Shown here: positions 7,766 to 15,711 of the stretch, in pieces
Position numbering within the stretch: the first letter of the stretch is position 1
Layout of the letters: every line of letters begins with the position of its first letter
From: Vibrio vulnificus CMCP6
GTDB lineage: Bacteria; Pseudomonadota; Gammaproteobacteria; Enterobacterales; Vibrionaceae
Reading direction: 5' to 3'
Length of the DNA stretch: 32,000 nt
NCBI RefSeq assembly: GCF_000039765.1
Contig: NC_004459.3
Coordinates: 510,001-542,000 of the forward strand
Made by a program: the position numbers and the translations under genes
The notes under the pieces: model-generated
What the model was told of the DNA's origin: nothing
Databases searched by the model: none
What the model saw: only the letters and a program-made list of their open reading frames with translations

Positions 7766-10012
7766 CTACTTCTTACCTGCACGGATAAAACCGGCAAAAT
7801 CATGATTAATAAAATAATCCCGCATCAACTGGTGAATATCCTTGCCATAAGAAAGCGACAAAGCTTGTTGAGACAAGGCTTGTAAATCGCTCAATTGGCT
7901 ATGGCGAATCAAATATTTGATCCGCGCGACGTTTGAGGTGTTCATGCTCAAACTACGGTAACCCAAACCAAGTAGCAGTAATGCGCCAAATGGGTCTCCC
8001 GCTAACTCGCCACAAATACAAACGGGTAAGTGGTATTGTCCACACTGCTGATAAATCTGCTGCAGGGCTTGCAATACCGCTGGATGCAACGATTCATAGA
8101 CATCAGAAACTCGTGCATTGTTCCGATCCACAGCCAATAAATATTGCGTTAAGTCGTTTGTCCCCACCGAGACAAAATCCACGCGCTGAGCAATTGATGG
8201 AATCAAATAGACCATCGAAGGGACTTCAATCATCACGCCAATTTGTGGCATCACCACGCGTTCATCCAGCAACACGACCTCATGATAAGCTTGCTGAATC
8301 AAACGAATGGCGTCATCAAGCTCTCCGACACCAGAAATCATCGGCAAGAGAATACTCAAATTGCCATGCTCAGCACTGGCTCGTAACATGGCTCGTAACT
8401 GGATAAGGAAGATGTCTGGATGATCTAGGGTAAAACGGATCCCACGCCAGCCTAAAAAGGGGTTATCCTCTTCAATAGGCAGGTAAGGCAGCGGTTTATC
8501 ACCGCCAATATCTAAGGTGCGCATCACCACTCGCTGCTGAGGATAACTACTTAAAATAGCGCGATATTGCTGATATTGCTCATCCTCAGAAGGAAAACGA
8601 TGTTGCAAGAGAAAAGCAATTTCAGTGCGATATAATCCCACACCATCCACACCCGCGTTGATCGCGATATTACTGTCGGCGCTCAAGCCCGCGTTGAGTA
8701 ATACCTCGACGTCGACGTTATCCTGAGTTTTCGCGGGCAGAGCAAGCTCCTTGTTCACCATCGCGAACAATTCACTCTCTTCCGTTACAAGGCTGCGGTA
8801 CTCACGCAAAATCTGGCGATTAGGCTGAATATAAATCTCGCCGGAGTAGCCATCGACGATCCCCTGCTTGCCATGCACCTCTTCCAGATTCAGGTTCGCC
8901 CCCATGACAGCAGGCACTCCTAGCGCTCTGGATAAAATCGCAGCGTGGGAGTTCGCCGCGCCTTCTAATGCCACCACTGCCAACAGGTATTTTTTCGGTA
9001 CAGACGCCAAAAGTGAAGCGGTGAGTTCATTGGCAACCAAAATTACCGGTCGCTCAATTCTTGGCTGCTCTTGCTCACTGTTGTGTAAAAAGAACAGTAA
9101 ACGCTGACCTAACTCACGAATATCATGCGCTCGCTCTCTCAGGTAAACATCCGACATTCGTGCAAAGCGACTGGAATAGCTTTCGACCACTTGACGCAAT
9201 GCCCAGTCCGCGCGATCTCCGCGCTCCACATGCTTTTTCAAGTCTGTACGTAACATAGGATCGTTCAGCAAGTGCGTGAAGAGATCGAATATGGCCAGCG
9301 CATCTTTATTGATTTCACTGTCGAACTTTTTGCGCATACGGCGAAAATCCGCCAACGCGGCTTCAATCGCAACAGCTAACCACTCTTGCTCTCGCTCTTT
9401 ATCGAGTGTCGAGGCTGGGCACACCTCCGACAATATCGGCTGTGAATTGTCATACCAAAACTCGCCAATTGCGACCCCACTTGAAGCGGCAATGCCCTGC
9501 ACCGCAGCAGGTTTAGACGCCAATGACCAATGGCCAAGACTTTGTGCATGCGCAATGATGACGGCTAACTGAGCGGATAGAGTGACAAGGAAGGATTCTT
9601 CCATCTCGCTGAAAAGTCGTGGGGTTTTCTGCTGGATAACCAGCACGCCCAATACTTTTTTACGATGGATGATCGGCGCACCTAAAAACGAGTGATACGT
9701 TTCTTCGCCTAACTGAGGAAAATATTTAAAAGCGGGATGCTTCGAGGCTTCGGCTAAGTTAAGAGGCTCGGCGCTGCGTTTCACTAAGCCAACCAAGCCC
9801 TCTTCAAACTGGATGTGAATACTGTCGCCATGAAAAGTCAGGCCTTGCGTTGCCATTAGCTCTAGTCGTTGCCTTTCTTCATTCGCCAGATAAATCGTGC
9901 AACACTCTGTGCTCAATGCTGTGCAAGTTTCTCGTACCAACGTATTCAATGCTTGGTGAACATCCTCGACACGAGAAACCTTTTCAACTATCTCCCTGAG
10001 TTGACTCAGCAT
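7766..10012 (-). CDS. ptsP: Phosphoenolpyruvate-protein phosphotransferase EI-Ntr (GAF domain plus EI domain)
   Basis: 748 aa with an N-terminal GAF domain and a C-terminal enzyme I domain (GGxxSHAAILSRALGVPAV with the phospho-His; ...VDFVSVGTNDLTQY). The start lies 2 nt after the rppH stop, as in the E. coli rppH-ptsP operon. Confidence 0.95.
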   Translation of the reverse strand: MLSQLREIVEKVSRVEDVHQALNTLVRETCTALSTECCTIYLANEERQRLELMATQGLTFHGDSIHIQFEEGLVGLVKRSAEPLNLAEASKHPAFKYFPQLGEETYHSFLGAPIIHRKKVLGVLVIQQKTPRLFSEMEESFLVTLSAQLAVIIAHAQSLGHWSLASKPAAVQGIAASSGVAIGEFWYDNSQPILSEVCPASTLDKEREQEWLAVAIEAALADFRRMRKKFDSEINKDALAIFDLFTHLLNDPMLRTDLKKHVERGDRADWALRQVVESYSSRFARMSDVYLRERAHDIRELGQRLLFFLHNSEQEQPRIERPVILVANELTASLLASVPKKYLLAVVALEGAANSHAAILSRALGVPAVMGANLNLEEVHGKQGIVDGYSGEIYIQPNRQILREYRSLVTEESELFAMVNKELALPAKTQDNVDVEVLLNAGLSADSNIAINAGVDGVGLYRTEIAFLLQHRFPSEDEQYQQYRAILSSYPQQRVVMRTLDIGGDKPLPYLPIEEDNPFLGWRGIRFTLDHPDIFLIQLRAMLRASAEHGNLSILLPMISGVGELDDAIRLIQQAYHEVVLLDERVVMPQIGVMIEVPSMVYLIPSIAQRVDFVSVGTNDLTQYLLAVDRNNARVSDVYESLHPAVLQALQQIYQQCGQYHLPVCICGELAGDPFGALLLLGLGYRSLSMNTSNVARIKYLIRHSQLSDLQALSQQALSLSYGKDIHQLMRDYFINHDFAGFIRAGKK

Positions 10013-10014
10013 GG

Positions 10015-10533
10015 TTATCCTCTTCGTTTAACTTTTTTACCTTTCAATTTACGTTCGCGAAAAGGCATGGCTAACGATGCAAATTCCTTCATCGCTCGGC
10101 GATAAACGTCTCGCTTAAATGAAACCACCTGACGCACAGGATACCAATAGCTAACCCAACGCCAACCATCAAATTCAGGAGAGCTACCTTTTTGCATATT
10201 GATCTTGGATTCATCGCACTCAAGACGCAAAAGGAACCATTTCTGCTTTTGGCCGATACAAACAGGCTTAGAGTCCCAACGAACCAGTCTCTTTGGTAGC
10301 TTATATCTTAACCAATGACGACTGCTCGCAATGATCTTAACGTCTTTGTGCGTTAGACCGACTTCTTCATACAACTCTCGAAACATTGCTTGTTCCGGAG
10401 TCTCACCATCATCAATCCCCCCTTGAGGAAATTGCCAAGAGTGTTGCCCGTATCGCTTAGCCCAGAAGACCTGACCATGGTTATTACAAATCACTATACC
10501 AACATTTAGCCGGTAACCATCGCCATCTATCAC
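10015..10533 (-). CDS. rppH: RNA pyrophosphohydrolase RppH (NudH)
   Basis: (M)[16 protein letters not shown]... with Nudix box [23 protein letters not shown], collinear with E. coli RppH. GTG start with a GAGG Shine-Dalgarno 7 nt upstream. Confidence 0.95.
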   Translation of the reverse strand: MIDGDGYRLNVGIVICNNHGQVFWAKRYGQHSWQFPQGGIDDGETPEQAMFRELYEEVGLTHKDVKIIASSRHWLRYKLPKRLVRWDSKPVCIGQKQKWFLLRLECDESKINMQKGSSPEFDGWRWVSYWYPVRQVVSFKRDVYRRAMKEFASLAMPFRERKLKGKKVKRRG

Positions 10534-10702
10534 TGGCTAACCTCTAAGATAAGTTTTTTATTACAGTGATTTTTCCACATATCCCCAACAGTAGCAAACT
10601 TACTGATGTGATATAGCTAAGATTTATCGTGTTTCAGACCCAATTGAATAACTTTTCAGCACAAAAACAGTTATCAACACAAGTTTGAGACACAGACCAC
10701 AT

Positions 10703-10737
10703 TTATTCACCTTTTCTGTGAATAACTTTGTGAAGAA
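10703..10737. promoter_or_regulatory. Cluster of three DnaA boxes in a DARS-core-like arrangement
   Basis: TTATTCACC (10703-10711, + strand, 8/9 to TTATNCACA), then 5 nt. TGTGAATAA (10717-10725, = TTATTCACA on the minus strand, 9/9), then 3 nt. TGTGAAGAA (10729-10737, = TTCTTCACA on the minus strand, 8/9). One box therefore faces two tandem boxes. Confidence 0.6.
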
Positions 10738-10920
10738 TAACTTCTTTTCGTCAATGATAGTTTCATCATCACTCACTCATAAACATTACCTCTTTCCAAA
10801 AATAAAAAATAGCCTTTAATATTCAATCAATTAAAAATACAAACAAGATCTTTCAGCAAACTAACTCTTGATGATCTTTTGACCACAAACAGATCGGTCA
10901 AAGATCATACAACGCCTATT

Positions 10921-10929
10921 TTATCCACA
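10921..10929 (+). promoter_or_regulatory. Perfect consensus DnaA box
   Basis: TTATCCACA, an exact 9/9 match to the high-affinity DnaA box. Confidence 0.6.
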
Positions 10930-11040
10930 CTCAAAGTTTTAAAAATGACTAACATCACCAAAAATCAAGCAAAATATCGCTTACCATATACTGTTTATTG
11001 ATCCATGATTTTACTTTTCACCTTTGAGAACGCCCCTTTC

Positions 11041-11049
11041 TGTGGATAA
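11041..11049 (-). promoter_or_regulatory. Perfect consensus DnaA box (minus orientation)
   Basis: TGTGGATAA = TTATCCACA on the minus strand, 103 nt upstream of the mutH ATG. Confidence 0.6.
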
Positions 11050-11151
11050 CTTATTAATAGATCAAAACACCAGCAATGATGATCCTTGAGCGTATCGCTT
11101 CGATCCGATTCTTTGTTACCATATCGCTTTCCCATTATTACGGCCTTGGTT

Positions 11152-11835
11152 ATGAAACCCATTCCACAAACAGAAGCAGAACTGCTCCAACGAGCGAATC
11201 AAATTGCAGGTTGTAGCTTCGCCGAGTTGGCAGAAGAAGCGAATATGGACGTTCCTCTGGATCTCAAACGCGACAAAGGTTGGGTGGGGCAACTTCTTGA
11301 GTGGCACTTAGGCGCGCCTGCTGGCAGTAAACCACAGCAGGATTTTTCCGAACTGGGTATTGAGTTAAAAAGTATTCCCGTCAGTTATAGCGGCAAACCG
11401 CTTGAAACGACGTTTGTCTGCGTAGCACCACTGACGGGTGTGCATGGATTAACGTGGGAAACCAGTCATGTGCGCAATAAACTCTCCCGCGTGTTATGGA
11501 TTCCGGTTGAAGGGGAGCGAGAAATCCCACTGGCAGAGCGTCATGTCGGTACACCACTGCTTTGGTCTCCCAATGACGAGGAAGAAATATTACTCAAAAA
11601 TGACTGGGAAGAATTGATGGAGATGATCGTGTTTGGTCAATTTGATCAAATTTCGGCCCGACATGGCGTGGCTCTTCATCTCAGACCAAAAGCCGCGAAT
11701 AGCAAAGCACTCACCGAAGCGTATAACATCAACGGAAAACCGATTAAAACACTGCCACGTGGATTTTATTTACGAACTCAGTTTACCGCTCAGATTTTGC
11801 AAAATGCCTTCAACTCATTGCTCAATGAGGAGTGA
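11152..11835 (+). CDS. mutH: DNA mismatch repair endonuclease MutH
   Basis: From ATG 11152: [27 protein letters not shown]...[38 protein letters not shown]...[10 protein letters not shown]...[10 protein letters not shown]..., collinear with E. coli MutH (229 aa). The track start at 11086 adds 22 non-homologous residues. Confidence 0.93.
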   Translation: MKPIPQTEAELLQRANQIAGCSFAELAEEANMDVPLDLKRDKGWVGQLLEWHLGAPAGSKPQQDFSELGIELKSIPVSYSGKPLETTFVCVAPLTGVHGLTWETSHVRNKLSRVLWIPVEGEREIPLAERHVGTPLLWSPNDEEEILLKNDWEELMEMIVFGQFDQISARHGVALHLRPKAANSKALTEAYNINGKPIKTLPRGFYLRTQFTAQILQNAFNSLLNEE

Positions 11836-12133
11836 GTTGCAGTTCAATATCATAGTAAGAAGCCAATCGGTCGCTACCAACTTCTTCGTAGACGTTATGT
11901 AAACGAAGATACGCTTTCTCCACCCCCAATCTCAGTAATTCTTCTTTCACTAAATCCAAAGACGAGAAATGCATCAATTCCTCCCCTTGTTTAATAGGCT
12001 CAAGATGATGTTTGTACTCTATGGCCAACAGATACTCATTGGCATCAGAGCAACCTATTACGAACATTTTAGGCGGCACATAATGATCATGATGTTTACT
12101 GTGTAGCCAAAGATCCAATTGATGTTTCTGCAT
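11822..12133 (-). CDS. Conserved hypothetical protein, 103 aa, function unknown
   Basis: Clean ORF with a strong Shine-Dalgarno (GAGGTAGG) before ATG 12133 and non-random composition. I recognise no motif. The 3' end overlaps mutH by 14 nt. Confidence 0.55.
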   Translation of the reverse strand: MQKHQLDLWLHSKHHDHYVPPKMFVIGCSDANEYLLAIEYKHHLEPIKQGEELMHFSSLDLVKEELLRLGVEKAYLRLHNVYEEVGSDRLASYYDIELQLTPH

Positions 12134-12341
12134 AGCCTACCTCAATCCGATTTCGCGATTTGTCCATTAGGCTGTAAGTGTAGTCCATGATCAATATGGT
12201 AGGGCAAGAGAGAAGCTCGCTTAAGTTGATGAAATTATCAATTATGATATTGCATCTTCACCTCTTCTCCTGAGCGTTAAGTCGGCATAAGATGTTGAAC
12301 AATAGGTAACCGACAATAAATCCAATTAACAAGGAAGTGCC

Positions 12342-13376
12342 ATGCAATACACTAAGCTGCCCCATTCCACGCTTGAGATCAGCAAACTTTGCCTTGGAAC
12401 CATGACCTTTGGTGAACAAAACTCTCAACAAGACGCTTTCGAACAACTCGATTATGCGGTCGCTCAAGGTATTAATTTTATTGATACAGCAGAAATGTAT
12501 CCGGTACCACCAAAAGCACAAAGCCAGGGGTTAACGGAGCAGTTTATCGGTAATTGGCTAAGCAAAAGTGGCAAACGTGAAAAAGTCCTCATCGCCACAA
12601 AAATAGCCGGCCCTCGCAATGTTCCCTATATTCGAGACAACATGAGTTTAAACCGACGCCATATTCATACGGCGATCGATGACAGCCTAACGCGCCTACA
12701 AACCGATTATGTCGATCTCTATCAATTACATTGGCCTCAGCGTCAAACCAACTGCTTTGGTCAACTCAACTACCCTTATCCCGATGCGCAAGAAGAAGTG
12801 ACGCTCATTGAAACGCTAGAAGCACTGAATGAACTCGTTAAAGCAGGAAAGGTACGTTATATAGGCGTGTCTAATGAAACCCCTTGGGGCGTAATGACCT
12901 TGCTGCGTTTAGCCGAAAAACACGACTTACCAAGAATTGTTTCGATTCAAAATCCATACAATTTACTCAATCGCAGCTTTGAAGTTGGTTTGTCCGAGAT
13001 TAGCCACTATGAAGGCGTTCAGTTGCTTGCCTACTCTCCGATGGCGTTTGGCACGTTAAGCGGTAAATACCTCGATGGCGCTCGCCCAAAAGGCGCTCGC
13101 TGTACTCTCTTTGAGCGTTTTCAGCGCTACTTTACCCCGCAAGGGCTAGAAGCAACCAAAGCGTATGTTTCACTCGCCAGAGATTACGGCTTGGATCCCG
13201 CGCAAATGGCGCTGGCTTTTGTTAATCAACGCCCATTTGTCGCCAGTAATATCATTGGAGCAACGACTCTCGATCAGCTTAAAGCCAATATCGAGAGTCT
13301 CAATGTCAAGTTAGAAGATGAGGTGTTAAATAAAATACAGCAGATTGGTACCACCTACTCCAATCCATGCCCATAA
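12342..13376 (+). CDS. tas: NADP(H)-dependent aldo-keto reductase Tas
   Basis: MQYTKLPHSTLEISKLCLGTMTFGEQNSQQDAFEQLDYAVAQGINFIDTAEMYPVPP... is collinear with E. coli Tas (MQYHRIPHSSLEVSTLGLGTMTFGEQNSEADAHAQLDYAVAQGINLID...). AAGGAAG Shine-Dalgarno. The mutH-tas neighbourhood is conserved. Confidence 0.93.
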   Translation: MQYTKLPHSTLEISKLCLGTMTFGEQNSQQDAFEQLDYAVAQGINFIDTAEMYPVPPKAQSQGLTEQFIGNWLSKSGKREKVLIATKIAGPRNVPYIRDNMSLNRRHIHTAIDDSLTRLQTDYVDLYQLHWPQRQTNCFGQLNYPYPDAQEEVTLIETLEALNELVKAGKVRYIGVSNETPWGVMTLLRLAEKHDLPRIVSIQNPYNLLNRSFEVGLSEISHYEGVQLLAYSPMAFGTLSGKYLDGARPKGARCTLFERFQRYFTPQGLEATKAYVSLARDYGLDPAQMALAFVNQRPFVASNIIGATTLDQLKANIESLNVKLEDEVLNKIQQIGTTYSNPCP

Positions 13377-13382
13377 CATTGC

Positions 13383-13413
13383 GGGCTGTAACCACCAAGG
13401 TTACAGCCCTTTC
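13383..13413. terminator. Bidirectional terminator between tas and the DUF1127 gene
   Basis: GGGCTGTAACC-accaa-GGTTACAGCCC, a perfect 11-bp stem followed by TTT. Confidence 0.8.
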
Positions 13414-13415
13414 GA

Positions 13416-13667
13416 TTACGTCGGTATTCGCGCACTAAGCACACGGCGAATATGACGGATTCGACGCGCGACTTTGACTTCGTCCGGAGTGGTGTTTGGG
13501 TTCGCTCGACCACCTTCATCTAAACCAATGTCTCTTAGTAAGAAGGCGTTGTTCCAAGGAATTTCATAACTACTACGACGGACACGTTTCGCCCATTCAC
13601 GTTCTTCACGTTTTAAATCGGCTTGAACCAAAATAGTGGCTAATTTCAAATAAATAGAGTGACGCAT
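13416..13667 (-). CDS. DUF1127-like small protein (83 aa)
   Basis: From ATG 13667 with a GGAGA Shine-Dalgarno: MRHSIYLKLATILVQADLKREEREWAKRVRRSSYEIPWNNAFLLRDIGLDEGGR... The LLRDIGL(D/R) segment resembles the DUF1127 signature. The track start at 13745 has no Shine-Dalgarno and adds an implausible extension. Confidence 0.6.
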   Translation of the reverse strand: MRHSIYLKLATILVQADLKREEREWAKRVRRSSYEIPWNNAFLLRDIGLDEGGRANPNTTPDEVKVARRIRHIRRVLSARIPT

Positions 13668-13799
13668 TATTTTTCTCCAAATAAAAATGATTGCTGAGAA
13701 AAATGACGTGCTTTCGGGTAGATCAACTCGTAGAGAGAGACACAAACTAAGCTGCCATTTTCCGCAGCTCAGTTAAATAACAATGAGGGTGCGGATTAA

Positions 13800-13907
13800 C
13801 TAACCATTGATAGCGGTATCAGCGCCGATGCTGATAACCACACTCATCTCAGATGAATGAGCATCACGAAGAGCACAAACAGGTTGATTTGCATTCAATT
13901 TCAACAT
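13800..13907 (-). CDS. Candidate small ORF (35 aa) inside a putative short transcript; it may instead be a non-coding sRNA
   Basis: ATG 13907 is preceded by a strong Shine-Dalgarno (AAGGGGG, 5-nt spacing). Peptide: MLKLNANQPVCALRDAHSSEMSVVISIGADTAING. I recognise no homology. See the corresponding finding. Confidence 0.3.
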   Translation of the reverse strand: MLKLNANQPVCALRDAHSSEMSVVISIGADTAING

Positions 13908-14117
13908 GTTAGCCCCCTTCAATGGTTTATTAATCCTAAAGTTTTGATGTGGTATAACTCGAAAGTTACGGTTAAATTGTAAGCAAAAACGGTTGCTAAT
14001 CAATCACTTTTTCTCCAATGCAGCAATTACAAAACATCCTACTAAATGTCAGTTGCATATTGATTGGTTATAACATATTCACCTTAGCAATATGAGGTTG
14101 TTAGATGATTATCTGAA

Positions 14118-14146
14118 TGTAAAAAGGCCATTCAATAGAATGGCCT
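14118..14146 (-). terminator. Rho-independent terminator of vpsR
   Basis: AGGCCATTC-aata-GAATGGCCT (9-bp stem). On the minus strand it is followed by TTTTT (forward A-run 14120-14124). It lies 33 nt after the vpsR stop. Confidence 0.85.
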
Positions 14147-14178
14147 CAAGCTTTGGGTGATTTAAACAGGATATTCCG

Positions 14179-15513
14179 CTACACCGTTTGTTCGGAAATC
14201 AAATTGTGTTTGTTTAGCAGTCGATACATCGTCGCACGTGAAACCCCCAATTCTTTGGCGGCATTAGAGACCTGACCAGAATGAGATTCCAGTACCAGCA
14301 ATAGCGCATCGCGCTCACTTTTCTCACGGATATTTTTTAAGCTGCGTTTACTATCGCCACGTTTAGGAAGATCCAATTGCGGCACATCGATGATCACGCT
14401 ATCTGACATCAAGACAGCACGCTTAATTTGATTCATCAGCTCGCGTACATTGCCAGGCCAGTAATAACGCATCAAAGCTCTCAGCGCTTCTTCAGAATAG
14501 CCTTTTGCCTGCGCGTTATACTCTTTTGAGTACTCTTGCAGGTAGTAACGAGCCAACAAGGTGATGTCACTGGCACGCTCTTTGAGACTTGGCACATTAA
14601 TCCGCAGCACATTGATGTAGTGGTAAAGCTCTTCACTAAAATCCCCATCGATCAATGCTTTTTCAATATCGGAAGCATTCGCCGTCAAAATGCGGACATT
14701 GACCTTCTTCATACCATCGCTGGTTTCTATCGTTCCTTCTTGCAAGAAACGAAGAAGGTGCAGTTGCTGAGTTTTGGAAATGGTTAGAATGTCATTAAAC
14801 AGCACCGTGCCACCATCAGCCTGCTCTAGTATTGACGGCCCTGCATTTGCGTCAGCCCCAATGCCAAAAACATCCGCTTGAAAACGTTGCTCGCTCATTG
14901 CACGACATTTGACAGAAAAGAATGGCTTCATCGCACGCGATGAGATTTTATGAATGGCTCGAGCGACCGTTTCTTTTCCTGAGCCATTTTCCCCATTGAT
15001 CAGAATGCTCACATCGGTAGGACCAATGCGTTTAATTTGATCGCGTAGGCGCTTCAAAGGAACCGATTCCCCAATCAGTCCCATATCTTGATTATTGCCA
15101 AACGTCGGCCAAACCTTCTTCTCGAGCTTTAACATGCCCAATTGATGGCCTATCGTACTGAGCAGTTGCGCATCAGGGATAGGTGCGGTGAAAAAGTCGA
15201 TACAAAAGTTAACGATAAACTGGCAAATCGTGTCAGAGCTGAGTTGCTGTTCACGAATAAAGGCGAGCCAGCGCACGTGCTTGTGTGTACTCACAAGATT
15301 AGCGATGCCATTGAGACTGAACTCATCATGGCTAAGGTCAACAATGCCGATGCATGGCCCAATATCTTCTAACAGCGCGTCCACTTTGCGTAAATCCGCA
15401 CATTGATGGCACTTCCAGCCCACCTGCTCCAAAACGGACAACCAAGGCTCATAAGTACCACCAACCACTACCAATGACCCCGGTACAGAATCCATCTTAA
15501 ACTGAGTAGCCAT
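14179..15513 (-). CDS. vpsR: VpsR-type response regulator (receiver + degenerate AAA+ + Fis-type HTH), 444 aa
   Basis: From ATG 15513 (AAGGG Shine-Dalgarno): MATQFKMDSVPGSLVVVGGTYEPW...IGIVDLSHDEFSL (receiver Asp)...GENGSGKE (Walker A)...WPGNVRELMN...GVSRATMYRLLNKHNL. This closely resembles my recollection of V. cholerae VpsR, which also sits next to lysS. The 5-codon track extension to 15528 is not supported. Confidence 0.85.
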   Translation of the reverse strand: MATQFKMDSVPGSLVVVGGTYEPWLSVLEQVGWKCHQCADLRKVDALLEDIGPCIGIVDLSHDEFSLNGIANLVSTHKHVRWLAFIREQQLSSDTICQFIVNFCIDFFTAPIPDAQLLSTIGHQLGMLKLEKKVWPTFGNNQDMGLIGESVPLKRLRDQIKRIGPTDVSILINGENGSGKETVARAIHKISSRAMKPFFSVKCRAMSEQRFQADVFGIGADANAGPSILEQADGGTVLFNDILTISKTQQLHLLRFLQEGTIETSDGMKKVNVRILTANASDIEKALIDGDFSEELYHYINVLRINVPSLKERASDITLLARYYLQEYSKEYNAQAKGYSEEALRALMRYYWPGNVRELMNQIKRAVLMSDSVIIDVPQLDLPKRGDSKRSLKNIREKSERDALLLVLESHSGQVSNAAKELGVSRATMYRLLNKHNLISEQTV

Positions 15514-15670
15514 ATACAACCCTTTCACTATTTCGATCGTTAGTTACATTATCGAGACTAATGATTCATAAGTCTGTTTCAAATATGAGACAGTTAATTA
15601 ATTCTAGACTCAATTACTAATACTTGGAATGCAGGTAGCATTTAGTGATGTAAAAGGAATTCTGCTCGAT

Positions 15671-15697
15671 AAAAAAAACCACCCGAAGGTGGTTTTT
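15671..15697 (-). terminator. Rho-independent terminator of lysS
   Basis: AAAAAAAACCACC-cgaa-GGTGGTTTTT. On the minus strand the hairpin is followed by an 8-U run, 14 nt after the lysS stop. Confidence 0.85.
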
Positions 15698-15711
15698 CAA
15701 TCTATTTGCTC

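Noticed and set aside
12258-12521. 87-aa minus-strand ORF spanning the tas start region.
   Set aside because: It overlaps the 5' end of the clearly homologous tas gene, and no ribosome-binding site is evident. Its Cys/Phe/Trp-rich sequence looks like a shadow ORF.
13976-14003. Sigma54 (-24/-12) promoter next to the bEBP-like vpsR: the minus strand reads TAGCAACCGTTTTTGCT.
   Set aside because: The essential GG of the -24 element is AG, and the GC-to-GC spacing is one nt too long. The adjacent regulator also lacks GAFTGA. The same bases fit a sigma70 promoter (TTGATT-n16-TACAAT) much better.
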